Origin: the human T2T-CHM13v2.0 reference genome, Homo sapiens | Assembly (NCBI RefSeq): GCF_009914755.1 | Contig: NC_060940.1 | Length of the DNA: 64,000 nt | Reading direction: 5' to 3' (one strand) | Shown here: in pieces, positions 21,497 through 41,034 of the stretch | How the letters are laid out: each line of letters starts with the position of its first letter | Position numbering within the stretch: the first letter of the stretch is position 1 | Translations under genes and position numbers: made by a program | The notes under the pieces: generated by a model | Database searches by the model: none | Told to the model about the DNA's origin: nothing | What the model saw: only the letters and a program-made list of their open reading frames with translations

Positions 21497-23118
21497 TAGG
21501 CGGGGGTGAACAAGGAGACACCGGGTAAGGTGTCCTAGGCGCCATCTCGGTAGGGGTGTTTGAAGATTCTGTCCAGATCTGTGTCACCTGGATTTGAGTC
21601 CCAGATGACCATTTGTCCCTTCACCTCTTGGAGCCTCAGTTTCTGTATCTGTAAAACGGGTCTCAATCCAGGCTCTTTGTACCATGAGGTAGAATAACCA
21701 GGATGACCAGTACATTTCCTTTTATACACACCAGCTCCATTCAGTTGATAGTGGCTGTCAGTTGTTAAGCTATGGAAAGTCTTCTGTACCAGTTGGTCAC
21801 TAGCACTGCTCTGAGCCCCCAGGTCCCCATGCACTACCCCAGCTGTCTTGGTCTCTACCAGGATCCTGGAGCTCTGTCCATGACCCAGCAACTAAAGCAT
21901 TAATGCCTGGCACACCAGCGGAACCTCTGGGGTCCTGCTTTGGTGGTGTTTGTTAGTGCCTGGTTCTGGTTCTGTTATCCGTCTCCATGACAACCAACCA
22001 TAAAGCCTCAGGCATGTTCAACCATAAAGCAACGATCATTGCTGCCATACGAGGGCAGTCAGCCAGGTGGCTCTGCTGATCTCGGCTGGGCTCACATGCA
22101 TGTCTGGGAGTCAGCTGGCTGTTGGCTGATCTCGGGGTCAGCTGGCTTTTGGCCTCAGGTGGGGCAAGAAGGGTATGTTCCGTGCATCCCTCATTCTCCA
22201 GCAGACCAGCTTGGGCATGTTGTCATGGCGATGGCAGGGGCACAAGAGCGTGCAAGCCCCTATTGCATCTAACAGTATTCTTTTGGCTGTCCTTACTTTT
22301 GCTGGTGTCCCATTGGCCAAAGCAAGGAACATGTCTGATTCCAGAGCCACCTCTCATGGCCCCACAGTTGGATAAGGGATGCATGGGTATGAGGCCTTTT
22401 TTTTTTTTTTTTTTTTTTTTTTTGAGACGGAGGGTCTCACTCTATCACCCAGGCTGGAGTGCAGTGGCGCAATCTCATCTGCAACCTCCGCCCCCAGGCT
22501 CAAGCAATTGTTCTGCCTCTGCCTCCTAAGTAGCTGGGATGACAGGTGCCTGTCACCATGCCCAGTTAAATTTTGCATTTTTAGTAGAGATGGGGTATCA
22601 CCACATTGTCCAGGCTAGTCTCAAACTCCTGGCCTCAAGCGATCCACCCGCCTTAGCCTCACAAGGTGCTGGGATACTAGGTGTGAGCCACTGTGCCCGG
22701 CTCTTATTTTTTTTTTATTTTATTTTTTTTAAGAGACAGTGTCTCACTCTGTTGCCTAGGCTGGAGTACAGTGGATTGATCTCGGACTCTAACTCCTGGA
22801 CTCAAGCAATCCTGCCTCAGCCTCCCAGTAACTGGGACTACAAGAGCATGCCACCACACCCAGCTAATTTGTTTATTTTTGTTTTTGGAGAGATGGGGGT
22901 CTTGCTTTTTTGCCCAGGCTGGTCTCAAATTCCTGGCTTCAAGCTATCCTCCCACCTCAGCCTCCCAAAGTGCTCAGATTGTAGGTGTGAGCTGCTGTTT
23001 TGAGAATGATTCTGAACCTGCATCTTGCTGAATAGGAGATGTGCTCTGATTGATTAGTGATGTCTGCTGCAGACACAGATGTTGGGAGTGGACATGCTTT
23101 CCTGGTCAAGCAACATAG

Positions 23119-23409
<291 letters not shown>

Positions 23410-23902
23410 TGATGCCACTGGCACAGTGGCCTCTAGGCTTTGGGAGTTTGCCTTACTCACTGGCTCACTCATTAATTCATTAATTCATTCAACACTGTCC
23501 TTATCCCTAGTGACAGCCCCAGTGGGTGGATCCTCTCTTCATCCTGGATGGTACCAGCTATTTCTTTTTTTTTTTTTTTTTTTGAGACAGAGTCTCGCTT
23601 CATCTCTGGAGTGCAGTGGTGTGATCTCGGCTCACTGCAACCTCTGCCTCTGGGGTTCAAGCATTTCTCCTGCCTCAGACTCCCGAATAGCTGGAACTAC
23701 AGGAATGTGCCACCACGCCCATCTAACTTTTATATTTTTAGTAGTGACAGGGTTTTGCCATGTTGGCCAGGCTGGTCTCGAACTCCTGACCTCAGGCGAT
23801 CTGCCCGCCTCCGCCTCCCAAATTGCTGGGATTACAGGCATGAACCGCTGTGCCCAGTGGTACCAGGTATTTCTAATATCATCTAGTCATTCATTCACGT
23901 CA

Positions 23903-24514
<612 letters not shown>

Positions 24515-24744
24515 TTATACTAACACAGTCATAAAATAGAATTTCTAGCATTTTGTGTGGAGAAAGCCACCTCCGTAGGCATCAGTGCCGGGGACCACAA
24601 AAGTCAGAATGCTGCCATAGTGCCAGGGTCCTGGGGGGTTTTGAGTTTTGTGTGGGTCATCTCTGAAGAGGTGACATTTTAGCTGAGACCTGAACAATGA
24701 AAAGGAGTCAGCCTTGAGAAGATCTGGGACAGCGATCTGCAACC

Positions 24745-25705
24745 TTGTTCTTAAGGGCCGGGGTAGTTTCAGCTTTGTGGGCCACATGGCCTCTCAGCCA
24801 CTTGACTCCAGTGTTGCCGTGTGAAAGCAGTCATAGATAGTGCACGAATGAATGAGCATGGCTATGTTCCAATAAAACTTTATTCATAAAAACAGGCAAG
24901 GGGTCAGATTTGGCCTGCAGGCCACAGTTTGCCAACCTTGGATCTAAAGGAAGAACATTCTAGGCAGCCGGTACAGCCGAATGTAAAAATGAATGCGCTT
25001 AATGAATTTGAAGGCTAGCATGAGGAGGCCATGTACCTAGAGGTTGGAATTGAGTGGACAGGGGCAGGAGATTAGGCCAGAAAGGTAGGCAGGGGCTGGA
25101 TCTTAGAGCACCATGTAACCACGGTGAGAAGCTTGGAACTTACTCTAAGAGCCCTATAAAGCCATTGGAAGGTTTTAAGCAGGGAAGTGACATGAGTTTC
25201 TATTTTATTTTATATATTTTTGAGACAGGGTCTCACCCTGTCGCCCAGGCTGGAGTGCAGTGGTGGGATCACAGCTCACTGCGGCCTCAAGTGATCCTCC
25301 TGCCTCAGCCTTCCAAAGTGCTGGGATTATAGGCGTGAGTCTCTGCACCCAGCTGACATGATGTTTCTAGTTCACTGAGTACCACCTACTAAGTGGCAGA
25401 TGCTGAGTTGGTGCTTTTGAAATATAGGACATAGAAATGAGGACAGAAGTGGGCAGTGTCAAATCTTACAGGACCTAAAATATTAGGGGTCAGCCAACTA
25501 TGGCCCACAGGCCACAGATCTGGCCCCCTGCGTGTTTTTATGAATAAAGTTTTATTGGCACGCAGCCACATCTGTTCATTTTCCTGTTGTCTCTGGCAGC
25601 TTTCACACTATAAATACAGCAGAGATGCGTAGTTGTAACAGAAAGCATATGGCCTGCAGAGCCTCAAGTATTTACTATCTGGCCTTTTTCAGAAAAATGT
25701 TGCCA
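24745..25705. mobile_element. Two MER58-like hAT relics (about 24745-24940 and 25485-25705) with L2 and Alu pieces between them
   Basis: ccaataaaactttattcataaaaacaggc..gatttggcctgcaggccacagtttgcc, and the inverse aactatggcccacaggcc..aataaagttttattgg. Confidence 0.6.
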
Positions 25706-25770
25706 ATCGTTATTGTAGACTGTGGTAAGATCTTTTTATTTTACTCTGAATGTAATGGAACAGTGAATGT

Positions 25771-27156
<1,386 letters not shown>

Positions 27157-27884
27157 TTGGTTGCTTACAGTGTTGATTGATTTTGTTCTTTTTTCTTACC
27201 ACCTCTTTTCTTTCCCTCTCATGGTACCTGCTCATGGTTATGAAGCTTTCAAAGTAAAGAACACGAAATACCTCCCAAGTATTACCAGTGGGTACCAAAA
27301 AAATGTCCCCTTGAGTCTTTTCCTTGTTTTTAGATGTTAATTCTCTCCCTTGGCATCCGGTTAGCCCCCCAGGGGGGGCAGCATTGTGGAGAACTTGATA
27401 TTTAGTTACTGATGCTCTTCCAGGACACAAAAAGAACCCATCTTTGAATATCAATGATTTTTTTTTTTTAAGTACTGTTCCGGGGAGAAAAACAGTCTCA
27501 AAACTTGAACTTCTTGGGAAGAGAAGTGTTGGGCTGAGAAGTAACATTCCCAGGAAATAGTGAGAAGCTCGCCCTGTGTTTGAAACCGTGTTGGTCTCTG
27601 TGTTCCTGGAAGAAAACAGGGAAGCAGCATCTTTTAAAGCCTGTTCTTTAAGGTGTCTCGTTAGAGCCCAAAGTGGAATCCGGAAGGCAGCCAGAGCTGA
27701 GGCTGCCCCAAGACTCAGACTTGCTAAGAATTACGCCGCCGACTTCAAACCCAGAGAGCATCTTTCTTTTAGGCGAAAACGCATATATTTATTTTTTGTA
27801 AGTTATACCATTCTTTCACATTAGATAAACTAAGTTTTGGGGGATCCTTTTGTAATGACTTACACTGGAAATGCGAACATTTGC

Positions 27885-27890
27885 AGTAAA
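27885..27890 (+). terminator. Putative variant polyadenylation signal AGTAAA of ABCC1
   Basis: No AATAAA found by eye in the UTR; AGTAAA is a known variant, with upstream UGUA and downstream U-rich tattttatttctttct. Confidence 0.5.
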
Positions 27891-28301
27891 AAAATATATA
27901 TATATCTATATATTTTATTTCTTTCTAAAGAATGGTTCCCTTTCCTTTGGGGCCTCGGCGAGGGTTCCAGCCATGTCCTCTGCAGGGTCAGGATGTGGCA
28001 TCTTCCTGTTTCTGTTCTTTCCTTTTGACAACAAGTCGCCTCTAGTGGGAGCTGTTGCCAGAAAGGGCAAGTTGTAGAGATCACTAGTCAGATGGGGTTT
28101 AGTGGGAAGGCGGGACAGCCGCAAGGTGGACGGAGCCCAGGTTTTGGGGTTGGACAGACCCTGGCTTGAGTCCTGCTCTTGTCATTTGCTGTTCTTGTGA
28201 CCCTGGGGAAGTCACTCAGCCTCTGTGCCTCACTTGCTTTGTCTGTAAAATGAGGCTGATCGTACTTACCCTGTGAGCAGTGATGTGTGCGGTACTCGTA
28301 G

Positions 28302-28553
<252 letters not shown>

Positions 28554-29281
28554 TAATTTTTAAAAATTTTTATAGAGTCAGGGTCTTGCTATGTTACCCA
28601 GGTTGTTCTTAAACTCCTGGGCTCTGGGGATCCTCCTGCCTGAGCCTCCCAAAGTGCTGGGGTTCAGGCACCTGGCCTGAAAATCCCTTTATGTTAGTCC
28701 AGAGAGGCGAGGCTGCGCTGCAGTAACAAATTCGCCGTAAAATCTTCGGAAATGATCACAAGGCTTTATTTCTTGCTCACGCAGTTCTTGGTGAGGGTCA
28801 GCTGCCTCTCCAGGGTAGGTGACTTCCCTGTGACAAGTGATCCAGGCTGTCCTGGTTTTGTGACATGGCCTCCCAAGGGTTGGCCTCCAGGTCCCCACAG
28901 TGGGAGAAGGGAGAGTGGACGACTCTCACCCACTCTTCTGTGTCTGAAACCGGAACTGACGCAGTTAATCCCACTCACAGCCCATTGGCCAAAATGAGTC
29001 ACATGGCCCCAACCCAACCACTGCGGGAGCTGGGAAATGGAGCGGTGCCTGTGGAAGAGAAGGATTTCTCCCTTTCCTAACTGATGTGGTTCTGGAGTTT
29101 TGGATAGCGGAGTAGTCAGACTAGTGTGTTCGGTTTCTAACTTCGAACTGGGTGAGTCTGGGCAGTAAGGAATGTCTGTATTTGGGGAGCACACCATTTC
29201 TGCCACACCTAAAACCATGCACCAAGTACATGTGCAGATAGAACGTTCTAGCACTGCCATTGTTCCCTCAAGCTTTCCTGT

Positions 29282-29645
29282 CCCCTGATTGAAATTGTTG
29301 GCTTGCACTAGGGACTGTGGTGTACAAAGGTGCTCAGGGAAGAGCCGGCGAGGTGGTGACCATTAGAATGAGTAGTAGTGTCTGGGTGCAGTGACTCATG
29401 CCCCATTGAAACTGTTGGCTTGCATTAGGGACTGCAGAGTGTGAAGGTGCCTAGTGAAAAGCCAGTAAGGTCATAACCATTAGAATAGGTAGTATCAGCC
29501 AGCCGGGCATGGTGGCTCATGCCTGAATGATGTCATTGGCTTGCATTAGGAACCACAGAGTATGAAGGTGCCCAGTGAAAAACTGGTGACGTTGTGACTA
29601 TTAGAATTAGCAGTATTGGCTAGACGAGGTGGCTCATGCCTGTAA
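29282..29645 (+). repeat. Degenerate triple tandem repeat, ~120-bp unit
   Basis: Three copies of ttggcttgca.tagg.ac...aaggtgc....attagaat.ag.agta, each followed by an Alu 5' head. Confidence 0.85.
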
Positions 29646-32600
29646 TCCCAGCACTTTGAGAGGCTGAGACAGGAGGACTGCTTGAGCTGAAGAGTTCAAA
29701 ACCAGCCTAGGCAACATAGTGGAACTCTTTCTATATAAAAACTTTTTTTTTGTTAAATTAGAAGTAGTTGAGGCTGGGTGCAGTGGCTGACGCCTGTAAT
29801 CCCAGGACTTTGGGAGGCTGAGGCGGGTGGATTGCCTGAGGTCAGGAGTTCAAGACCAGCCTGATCAACATGGTGAAACCCCGTCTCTACTAAAAACACA
29901 AAAATTAGTTGGGCATGGTGGCACATGCCTGTAGTCCCAGCTACTGGGGAGGCTGACAAGAGAATTGCTTGAATGTGGGAGATAAAGGTTGCAGTGGGCT
30001 GAAATCAAGTCATTGCACTCCAGCCTGGGCAACAGAGCAAGCCGAGACTCCATTTCAAAAGAGTAGTAGTTGGATCTACCAGCGGGAATCTTAATAGGGA
30101 TGTGAGATGTGTTTAGATCTCAAAGCCTGACCCTGAGTCTTAAAATCCCAGGTCAGATCCTAAGCAGTCCCAGAGAGCTCCACCTGGTGTGCATCTGTGC
30201 CAGTGTCTTGGGGTGGGGCAGCTGCATGCTCAGGTGGAATCCGGGGCTGAGTTCAAGTTTAATCCACTTTATGAAGAGGAGGCAGAGTGAGGCATAACTC
30301 CTCATCCAGGGGAGTGGAAGTACTGTGGAAGGAAGCTCTGTTTTGTACCTACTACGTGCTGGCCCTGGCCTCACTGTGCAGAACTCTCCACATTGGAAAG
30401 GATCCCCCCAGACCAGAGAGGCGTAAGGAGGGGGCTGGTGCTTTCCAGTGTTGAACTGTTCATCTGTCCTCACACCCACCATCGGGTCCTACAGCAAATT
30501 TGTTTGATTTTCTGCAAAACACCCAGAATCTATCCACTCCCCGTCCTCCCATTGCCACCACGCTGGTCCCAGCCACCCCACTTTCTCCCTGCATCCCTAC
30601 AACAGCTGCCACAGTGGTCTCGAGGCTTTTGCCCCCAGCCCCCCACACACACATCAGTGTCCTCAACCTGGTGGCTGTAGTGACCTTATGAAAACACGCA
30701 CTGGCCGGGCACGGTGGCTCACGCCTGTCATCCCAGCACTTTGGGAGGCCGAGGCAGGCAGATCACCTGAGGTCAGGAGTTCGAGACCAGCCTGGCCAAC
30801 ATGGTGAAATCCTGTCTCTACTAAAAATACAAAAATTAGCCAGGTGTGGTGGCGAGTGCCTGTAATTCCAGCTACTTGGGAGACTGAGGCATAAGAATTG
30901 CTTGAACTGGGAGGTGGAGGTTGCAGTGAGCCAAGATCACGCCACTGCACTTCAGCCTGGGTGACAGAGTGAGTGACTGATGGTGAGGACACGGGCTCTG
31001 AAGCCACACTGCTTGGGCAGAGATGCCACTCATTCTGTTTGTTTTCTCATCTGTCAAAAGGGCCTGATGGTAGTACCTTCCTCATCAAAACGTTCCAGTA
31101 AGGGGCCCAGTGAGGTGGCTTCCTCCTCTGGTCCACTGAATGCGTGCGTGGCGGGCATTTAAAGCAGTGTCAGGTATACGTAGTTACGTGTTTGCAGTGG
31201 CGAGGTGGACTGTTGAGTTTTAAAGAGTCTACTGGGCGCAGGCACTGACCAGAGAGGAAGTCTGCAGCCTTGATGGATGAAATTCGTGTTCCACCCACCA
31301 GCCAGACCCTACTGGCAGCAGCCCATGGCGGGGGTATTAATGGCCTGGGCATCCCCTCTGGCGCGTCTCCAGACTGCCGTGGTGTGGGCCCAACAGCAGT
31401 CTCGTTAGCAGGCTGGCAGGTGCCGGTTCCCACGTGCTGGCCGCCTGTGGCCCACCCTCTGCTCCCTGGCACACAGCCTAGGAAAGAGAGTCTGGTGGCC
31501 CTGGGTCATCCCCAGCTGAGTTTGCCAAATGCCCACATGGCAGCCCCTGCCTAGGGTCACTCTGCAAGGCAGGTGGCTCAGCTCCAGCCAGAGAAGACAG
31601 GCTGCATCTGCCGCCCTTCCTTTCTCTAAAGGACAAATGTGCCCTGTGCAATGACTTTGGTATTACACCCAGAAACAGATCCCCACTCTGTCCTTACTGA
31701 CTGGGTCAACTTGGCAAGTCATGTCAACCCCTTGAGCCTCAGTTTCCTCACCTGTGAAATGGAGCTAGGAATAGGTAGTTGTGGGTCCACAGCTTTGCAG
31801 GCATGACTAGGGGCAGGTCAAGAATGCGGACTTCCTGCCCCACTTTGAAGGTGGTAGAAGCTGCAGTTAGAAGTTTACTCCAGGCCAAAAGGGGCATCAC
31901 AAAACCTGTGAGGATGGGCCATCAGAAAGTCCCATGACCTGATGGGCGGAGCAGGCCCTGTGTCCTTAAGAAAAGGTGGAGTTCTTGCCCTGCCACCCCT
32001 GACACCAGCAAAGCCACTGCTCAAGTATCTGTGGATGATGGATGGCAGCGGGGCAGGTTAGACCGGGGATTCTCAACCAAGTGGGTCTTTTTGTTTTGTG
32101 TTTTTTCAGACAGTCTTGCTCTGTCACCCAGCCTGGAGTGCAGTGGTGTGATCTTGGCTCACTGCAACCTTCTCTGCCTGGGTTCAGGCGATTCTCCTGC
32201 CTCAGCCTTCAGAGTAGCTGGGATTATAGGCACCTGCTACCACACCCGGCTAATTTTTGTATGTCTGGTAGAGCCAGGGGTTCACCTTGTTGTCCAGGCT
32301 GGTCTCGAACTCCTGACCTCAAGTGATTCACCTGCCTCCGCCTCCCAAAGCACTGGGATTACAGGCATGAGCCACTGCACCCGGCCCAACTAGGTGGCTT
32401 TGACCCCCTGGGGGATTAATGGCAGTGTCACAAGTCTGGTGGCGGTAGAAGGAGGATGTTATTGGCATCTAGTGAAGAAGAGGCCAGGGGCGCTGCTGAA
32501 CGTCCTACGATGTGCAGGACATGTCCCCACAGCACAGAACTATCTGGCCCCACGTGTCAATAAGGTTCAGAAAGCCTGGGGGATTGCCTTCTGTGCTTCC

Positions 32601-32831
32601 ACGAACACATATCCATGTATTATGTCATTCTTGCGGCAATGCCACGAGGTCAGTGAGACTCCCTGACTAGCATACATAATGTTAGGATCTAGGGAGTTGT
32701 CTAATGTCTCACGCTGCCCTTCCCAGCGATCTATGTGTGGCCTTAGGCTTGGCTACTTTAGACTTAGTCCCTCTTTTCCGGTGCCTGCAGCTGGTTTGGT
32801 GAGTCCAGTATTAATATACTGACCGCTGTCA

Positions 32832-33191
<360 letters not shown>

Positions 33192-33415
33192 TTACAGCAA
33201 GTTCTCCACGCTCAGCCGGGTCCAGCCTTTGGCTGTCAGCAGCATCTGGAGCGGAACTGTGAACAGAAACACTCCAGGTGTTCCGACGGGTGCTGGGGCG
33301 CCCCCAGGGAGCTGGAATTTGGTTTTTAGCAACCACATATAGGAAATGAACCCGCCAGCCACAGTATCTCACGCCTGTAATCCCAGCACTTTGGGAAGCT
33401 AAGGCCAGCGGATCA

Positions 33416-33817
<402 letters not shown>

Positions 33818-34008
33818 TCATCTCTGGTGGGGGAGGAGGAGCAGCAGGAGATGCGAGGGCTGTAGTTCTCAGTCCTGGCCGCACATTGGAATCCTATGGG
33901 GGAGCTTTAAAATTATACACCAAACTCGGCCAGGTGCGGTAGCTCACGCCTGTTATCCCAACACTTTGGGAGGCCGAGGAGGGTGGATCACATGAGGCCA
34001 GGAGTTCA

Positions 34009-34615
<607 letters not shown>

Positions 34616-34989
34616 AAAAAGTACACACAGCATGGCAGTTCCCAGCCTCAGAGATTCTGATTTAAGGGTCTAGCCGGGAGCCTGGGCATGTGCTTGAGGC
34701 CCCCAGGTGAGTCCAGAGTACAGCGGGGCTGAGAGTCGCTGTTGACATTGGCTGCAGGGTGGACAGGGCGAGATGGGCCCTGCCCGGGCAGACCTGTGTA
34801 TTGCTAGGTCCTTCCGGCTCTGATGCTCTGTGATAATTGGCCACTTTCTCTGCCATTTTCCTCCCAGAGAGCAAACACAGGTCTAGACTCAATATCGTGT
34901 GGAGCTATCGATGACCACGGGTCACTTCCATCTCCAGCACTGCAGGCTGTGCGGGCTGGTCCAACTGGGGTATGGTTGAGGGTCCTGGC

Positions 34990-35430
<441 letters not shown>

Positions 35431-35433
35431 TTA

Positions 35434-35856
<423 letters not shown>

Positions 35857-38084
35857 TCAGTTTCCCCACCTGTGAAATGGCTATTTTCTTTTTTCTGTTT
35901 ATGGCTCTTTTTTTCTTCTTCGTTTTTCTTTTTTTTTTTGAGACGGAGTCTTGCTCTGCCACCCAGGCTGGCGTGCAATGGCACAATCTCAGCTCGCTGC
36001 AACTTCTGCCTCCCGGTTCAAGCAGTTTTCCTGCCTCAGCCTCCCAAGTAGCTGGAATTACAGTCATGCGCCACCATGCCTGGCTTTTGTATTTTTAAAG
36101 TAGAGATGGGGTTTCACCATGTTGGTCCGACTTGTTTGAAACTCTCAGGTGATCCACCTACCTCAGCCTCCCAAAGTGCTGGGATTACAGGCGTGAGCCA
36201 CTGCGCCCCGGTAGTTCTATTTCTAGTTTGTTTTTTGAGAAATCATCATACTATTTTCCATAGTGACTGTACTAATTTATATTTCCCCCAACAGCGAAAG
36301 CACAGCTTTCACTTCAGTCATGCCGTTGCAAACAAACCTACAATGACTCACTGCTGCTTCAAGAATCAAATCTACAGTCTTCCTAAGACATTCAAGGCTG
36401 GTGTCACGTGGGCCTTAAATACAGATGTGTACAACACCTGGGTGGGATTCCAGGCGTGATCCACCGTGCCTGGCCTGTTTATGGCTATGTCCAGTTCTAT
36501 TTCTAGTTTCCACCTTGTGCCAAACACATTCTAAGTGCTTGTATATATTCACTCAATCCTCATAATGTCCACCAAGGTAGATATTATTGTTCTCTTCTTT
36601 TGAGAGAAGAGGACACAGATACAGAGAAGCTCAGTGGCTTGACCAAGGTCTCAAGGCTAGTGGTGGGTCCATAATTTGAACCCAAGTCCTCTGACCCCAG
36701 AGTCTGTGCTCCTAATGGATCCGTCCTCGCTGAATCGTGACGACATGGCACATAAAAGTGTGTGGGTGGCGGGGCACGGCGGCTCACACCTGTAATCCCA
36801 GCACTTTGGGAGGCTGAGGTGGGCGGATCACGAGATCAGGAGATCGAGACCATCCTGGCTAACACGGTGAAACCCTGTATGTACTAAAAATACAAAAAAT
36901 TAGCCGGGCGTGGTGGCGGGCGCTTGTAGTCCCAGGTACTCAGGAGGCTGAGGCAGAAGAATGGTGTGAACCCGGGAGGCAGAGCTTGCAAGTGAGCCAA
37001 GATCGCGCCACTGCACTCCAGCCTGGGCGACAGAGCAAGACTCTGTCTCAAAAAAAAAAAAAAAAAAAAAAAAAAGTGTGTAGGCTTGTCACAGAATAAG
37101 CCCTTGGCATGGAGTAGCACCCTTCGTGGAGGGTGGAGGAGTTGAGATTCCAGGTTGTGAGCCCAGTGAGCCCCTGACCCAGGTGGGAACTGACCCCTGG
37201 GGCCCCAGCATGGCTGTCTTGCACAGTAAGCCCTTCCATGAAACAGCATCCTTTTACATGATCAGAACCTACTATGGTCATGCAGGCGTTAGAGTGCCTG
37301 GGTCTTGTCCCAACCTCACTACTTTTAAGCTGTGTGACGTCAGGCAAGCCCCAGGCCTCCAATTCCAACTCTGTGAAATGATGTTATCAGGAGTGTGACT
37401 CAGGACTAAAATGAGTATTTACTCTTTGCTCTATGCCTGCCACTGTTTCAACAACTTTGTGCATATAATTCAATCCTTGCAAGGTAGGTAGGTGCTATTA
37501 TTCCCACCTTACAGATGAGGAAACTGAGGCACACAAGATAAGTTGCCTAAGATCCTACAGCTAGTAAGTGGCAGGGCGGGGCGGGGGTGGGGGTGTGGGG
37601 TGGGGGGCCTGGATTTGAGCCCAGGCAGTCTGTCACCTGTGTATACTCTTACCCACCAAGCAACGCTGCCTCTCTAGTGCTGGAAATTATTGCCTACCAC
37701 AAGCCCTTCGGACACCCTCAGGGTCAGAGGGGTTTATAAATCCAGAACACCTTAGGTTTTTTTTTGTTTTTTTTGAGACGGAGTCTTACTCTGTCACCCA
37801 GGCTGGAGTGCAGTGGCACAATCTTGGCTCACTGAAACCTCTGCCTCCCGGGTTCAAGCGATTCTCCTGTCTCAGTGTCTTAGCCTCCCACGTAACTGGG
37901 ATTACAGGCGCCTGCCGCCACACCCAGCTAATTTTTGTATTTTTAGTAGAGACGGGGCTTCACCATATTGGTCAGGCTGGTCTTGAACTCCTGACCTCAG
38001 GTGATCCACCCGCCTCGGCCTCCCATAGTGCTAGGATTACAGGCATGAGCCACCGCGCCCAGCCACTTTGGTTTTTCTAAAGGC

Positions 38085-38500
38085 ATATACCTATACACCT
38101 ATGTTCATAGTGGCATTATTCAAAACGGCCAAGAGGTGGAAACAGCCTGGGTATCTACTGGCAGATAAACGGATAAGCAAAATGTGGTCTATCCATGTAG
38201 TGGAAAATTATTCGGCCTTAAAAAGGTAGAGAATCTGACACATGCTACGATGTGGATGACCCTTGAAGACATCATGCTGTGTGAAATAAGCCAGTCACAA
38301 AAGGACAGATCCTATGATTCTGCGTCTATGCAGTGTCTAGAGTAGTCACACTCAGAGAGACAGGAGAATGCTGGTGGCTGGGCGCTGGGGGAGGGGACAA
38401 GGAGAGTTAGGGTTTCATGGGTACAGAGTTGTAGTTCTGTTGTGTAACAGTGTGAATGTACCTAACACTACAGAAACTATACACTGAAAAATGGGTGAGA
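38085..38500 (+). mobile_element. Old L1M 3' fragment in ABCC6 intron 29
   Basis: atgttcatagtggcattattca...aaaatgtggtctatccatgtagtggaaaattattcggccttaaaaagg...gtgaaataagccagtcacaaaaggaca. Confidence 0.7.
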
Positions 38501-38552
38501 TGGGCCCGGCGTGGCTGCTCACACCTGTAATCCCAGCACTTTGGGAGGCCTA

Positions 38553-39065
<513 letters not shown>

Positions 39066-39372
39066 TGAAGTGCTGGGATTACAGGCATGAGCCACTGTGC
39101 CCAGTCCACACTTGACATTTACCAAAAAAAAAAATCCTATATTATAGTCCCAGTGAGTGGTGAGGTTACCACCCGATATCAAACAATATTTTCATAGCAA
39201 AATAAATACTGAGCAAGAGCAATAAAGGCTATCAGTAGCCCTGTGTCAGTTGAGGTTGGGTTTTGCCACCAAGTAAATATAGAAGACTAACTGCTAATTT
39301 AGGGGGGAAAACCTTGGTATTCAGAGACTGTGTCAGAGCTTGGAATTGCAGATAAGAGACATGTGGTTATTA

Positions 39373-39675
<303 letters not shown>

Positions 39676-39678
39676 TCA

Positions 39679-40550
<872 letters not shown>

Positions 40551-40757
40551 CTACTATTGCATCCTCAGTGTCTGACACATGGTGTGGGTTCAACATTATT
40601 TGTTTAATTAATGATGGAAACATGTGGGTCACCCCACTGTATGCCAAGTACCTGTTTAGGCACCGGAAGTATAGAAATTAAAGAGTCCTTGCTCCAGTGT
40701 GCCCATCATCCGGTCTAGGAAACAGTGCAATTGAGTAAATGTAATACAGTGTGATGA

Positions 40758-41034
<277 letters not shown>

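Noticed and set aside
27366-27384. cccccagggggggcagc as a CTCF site
   Set aside because: G-run too long for the core spacing; poor register
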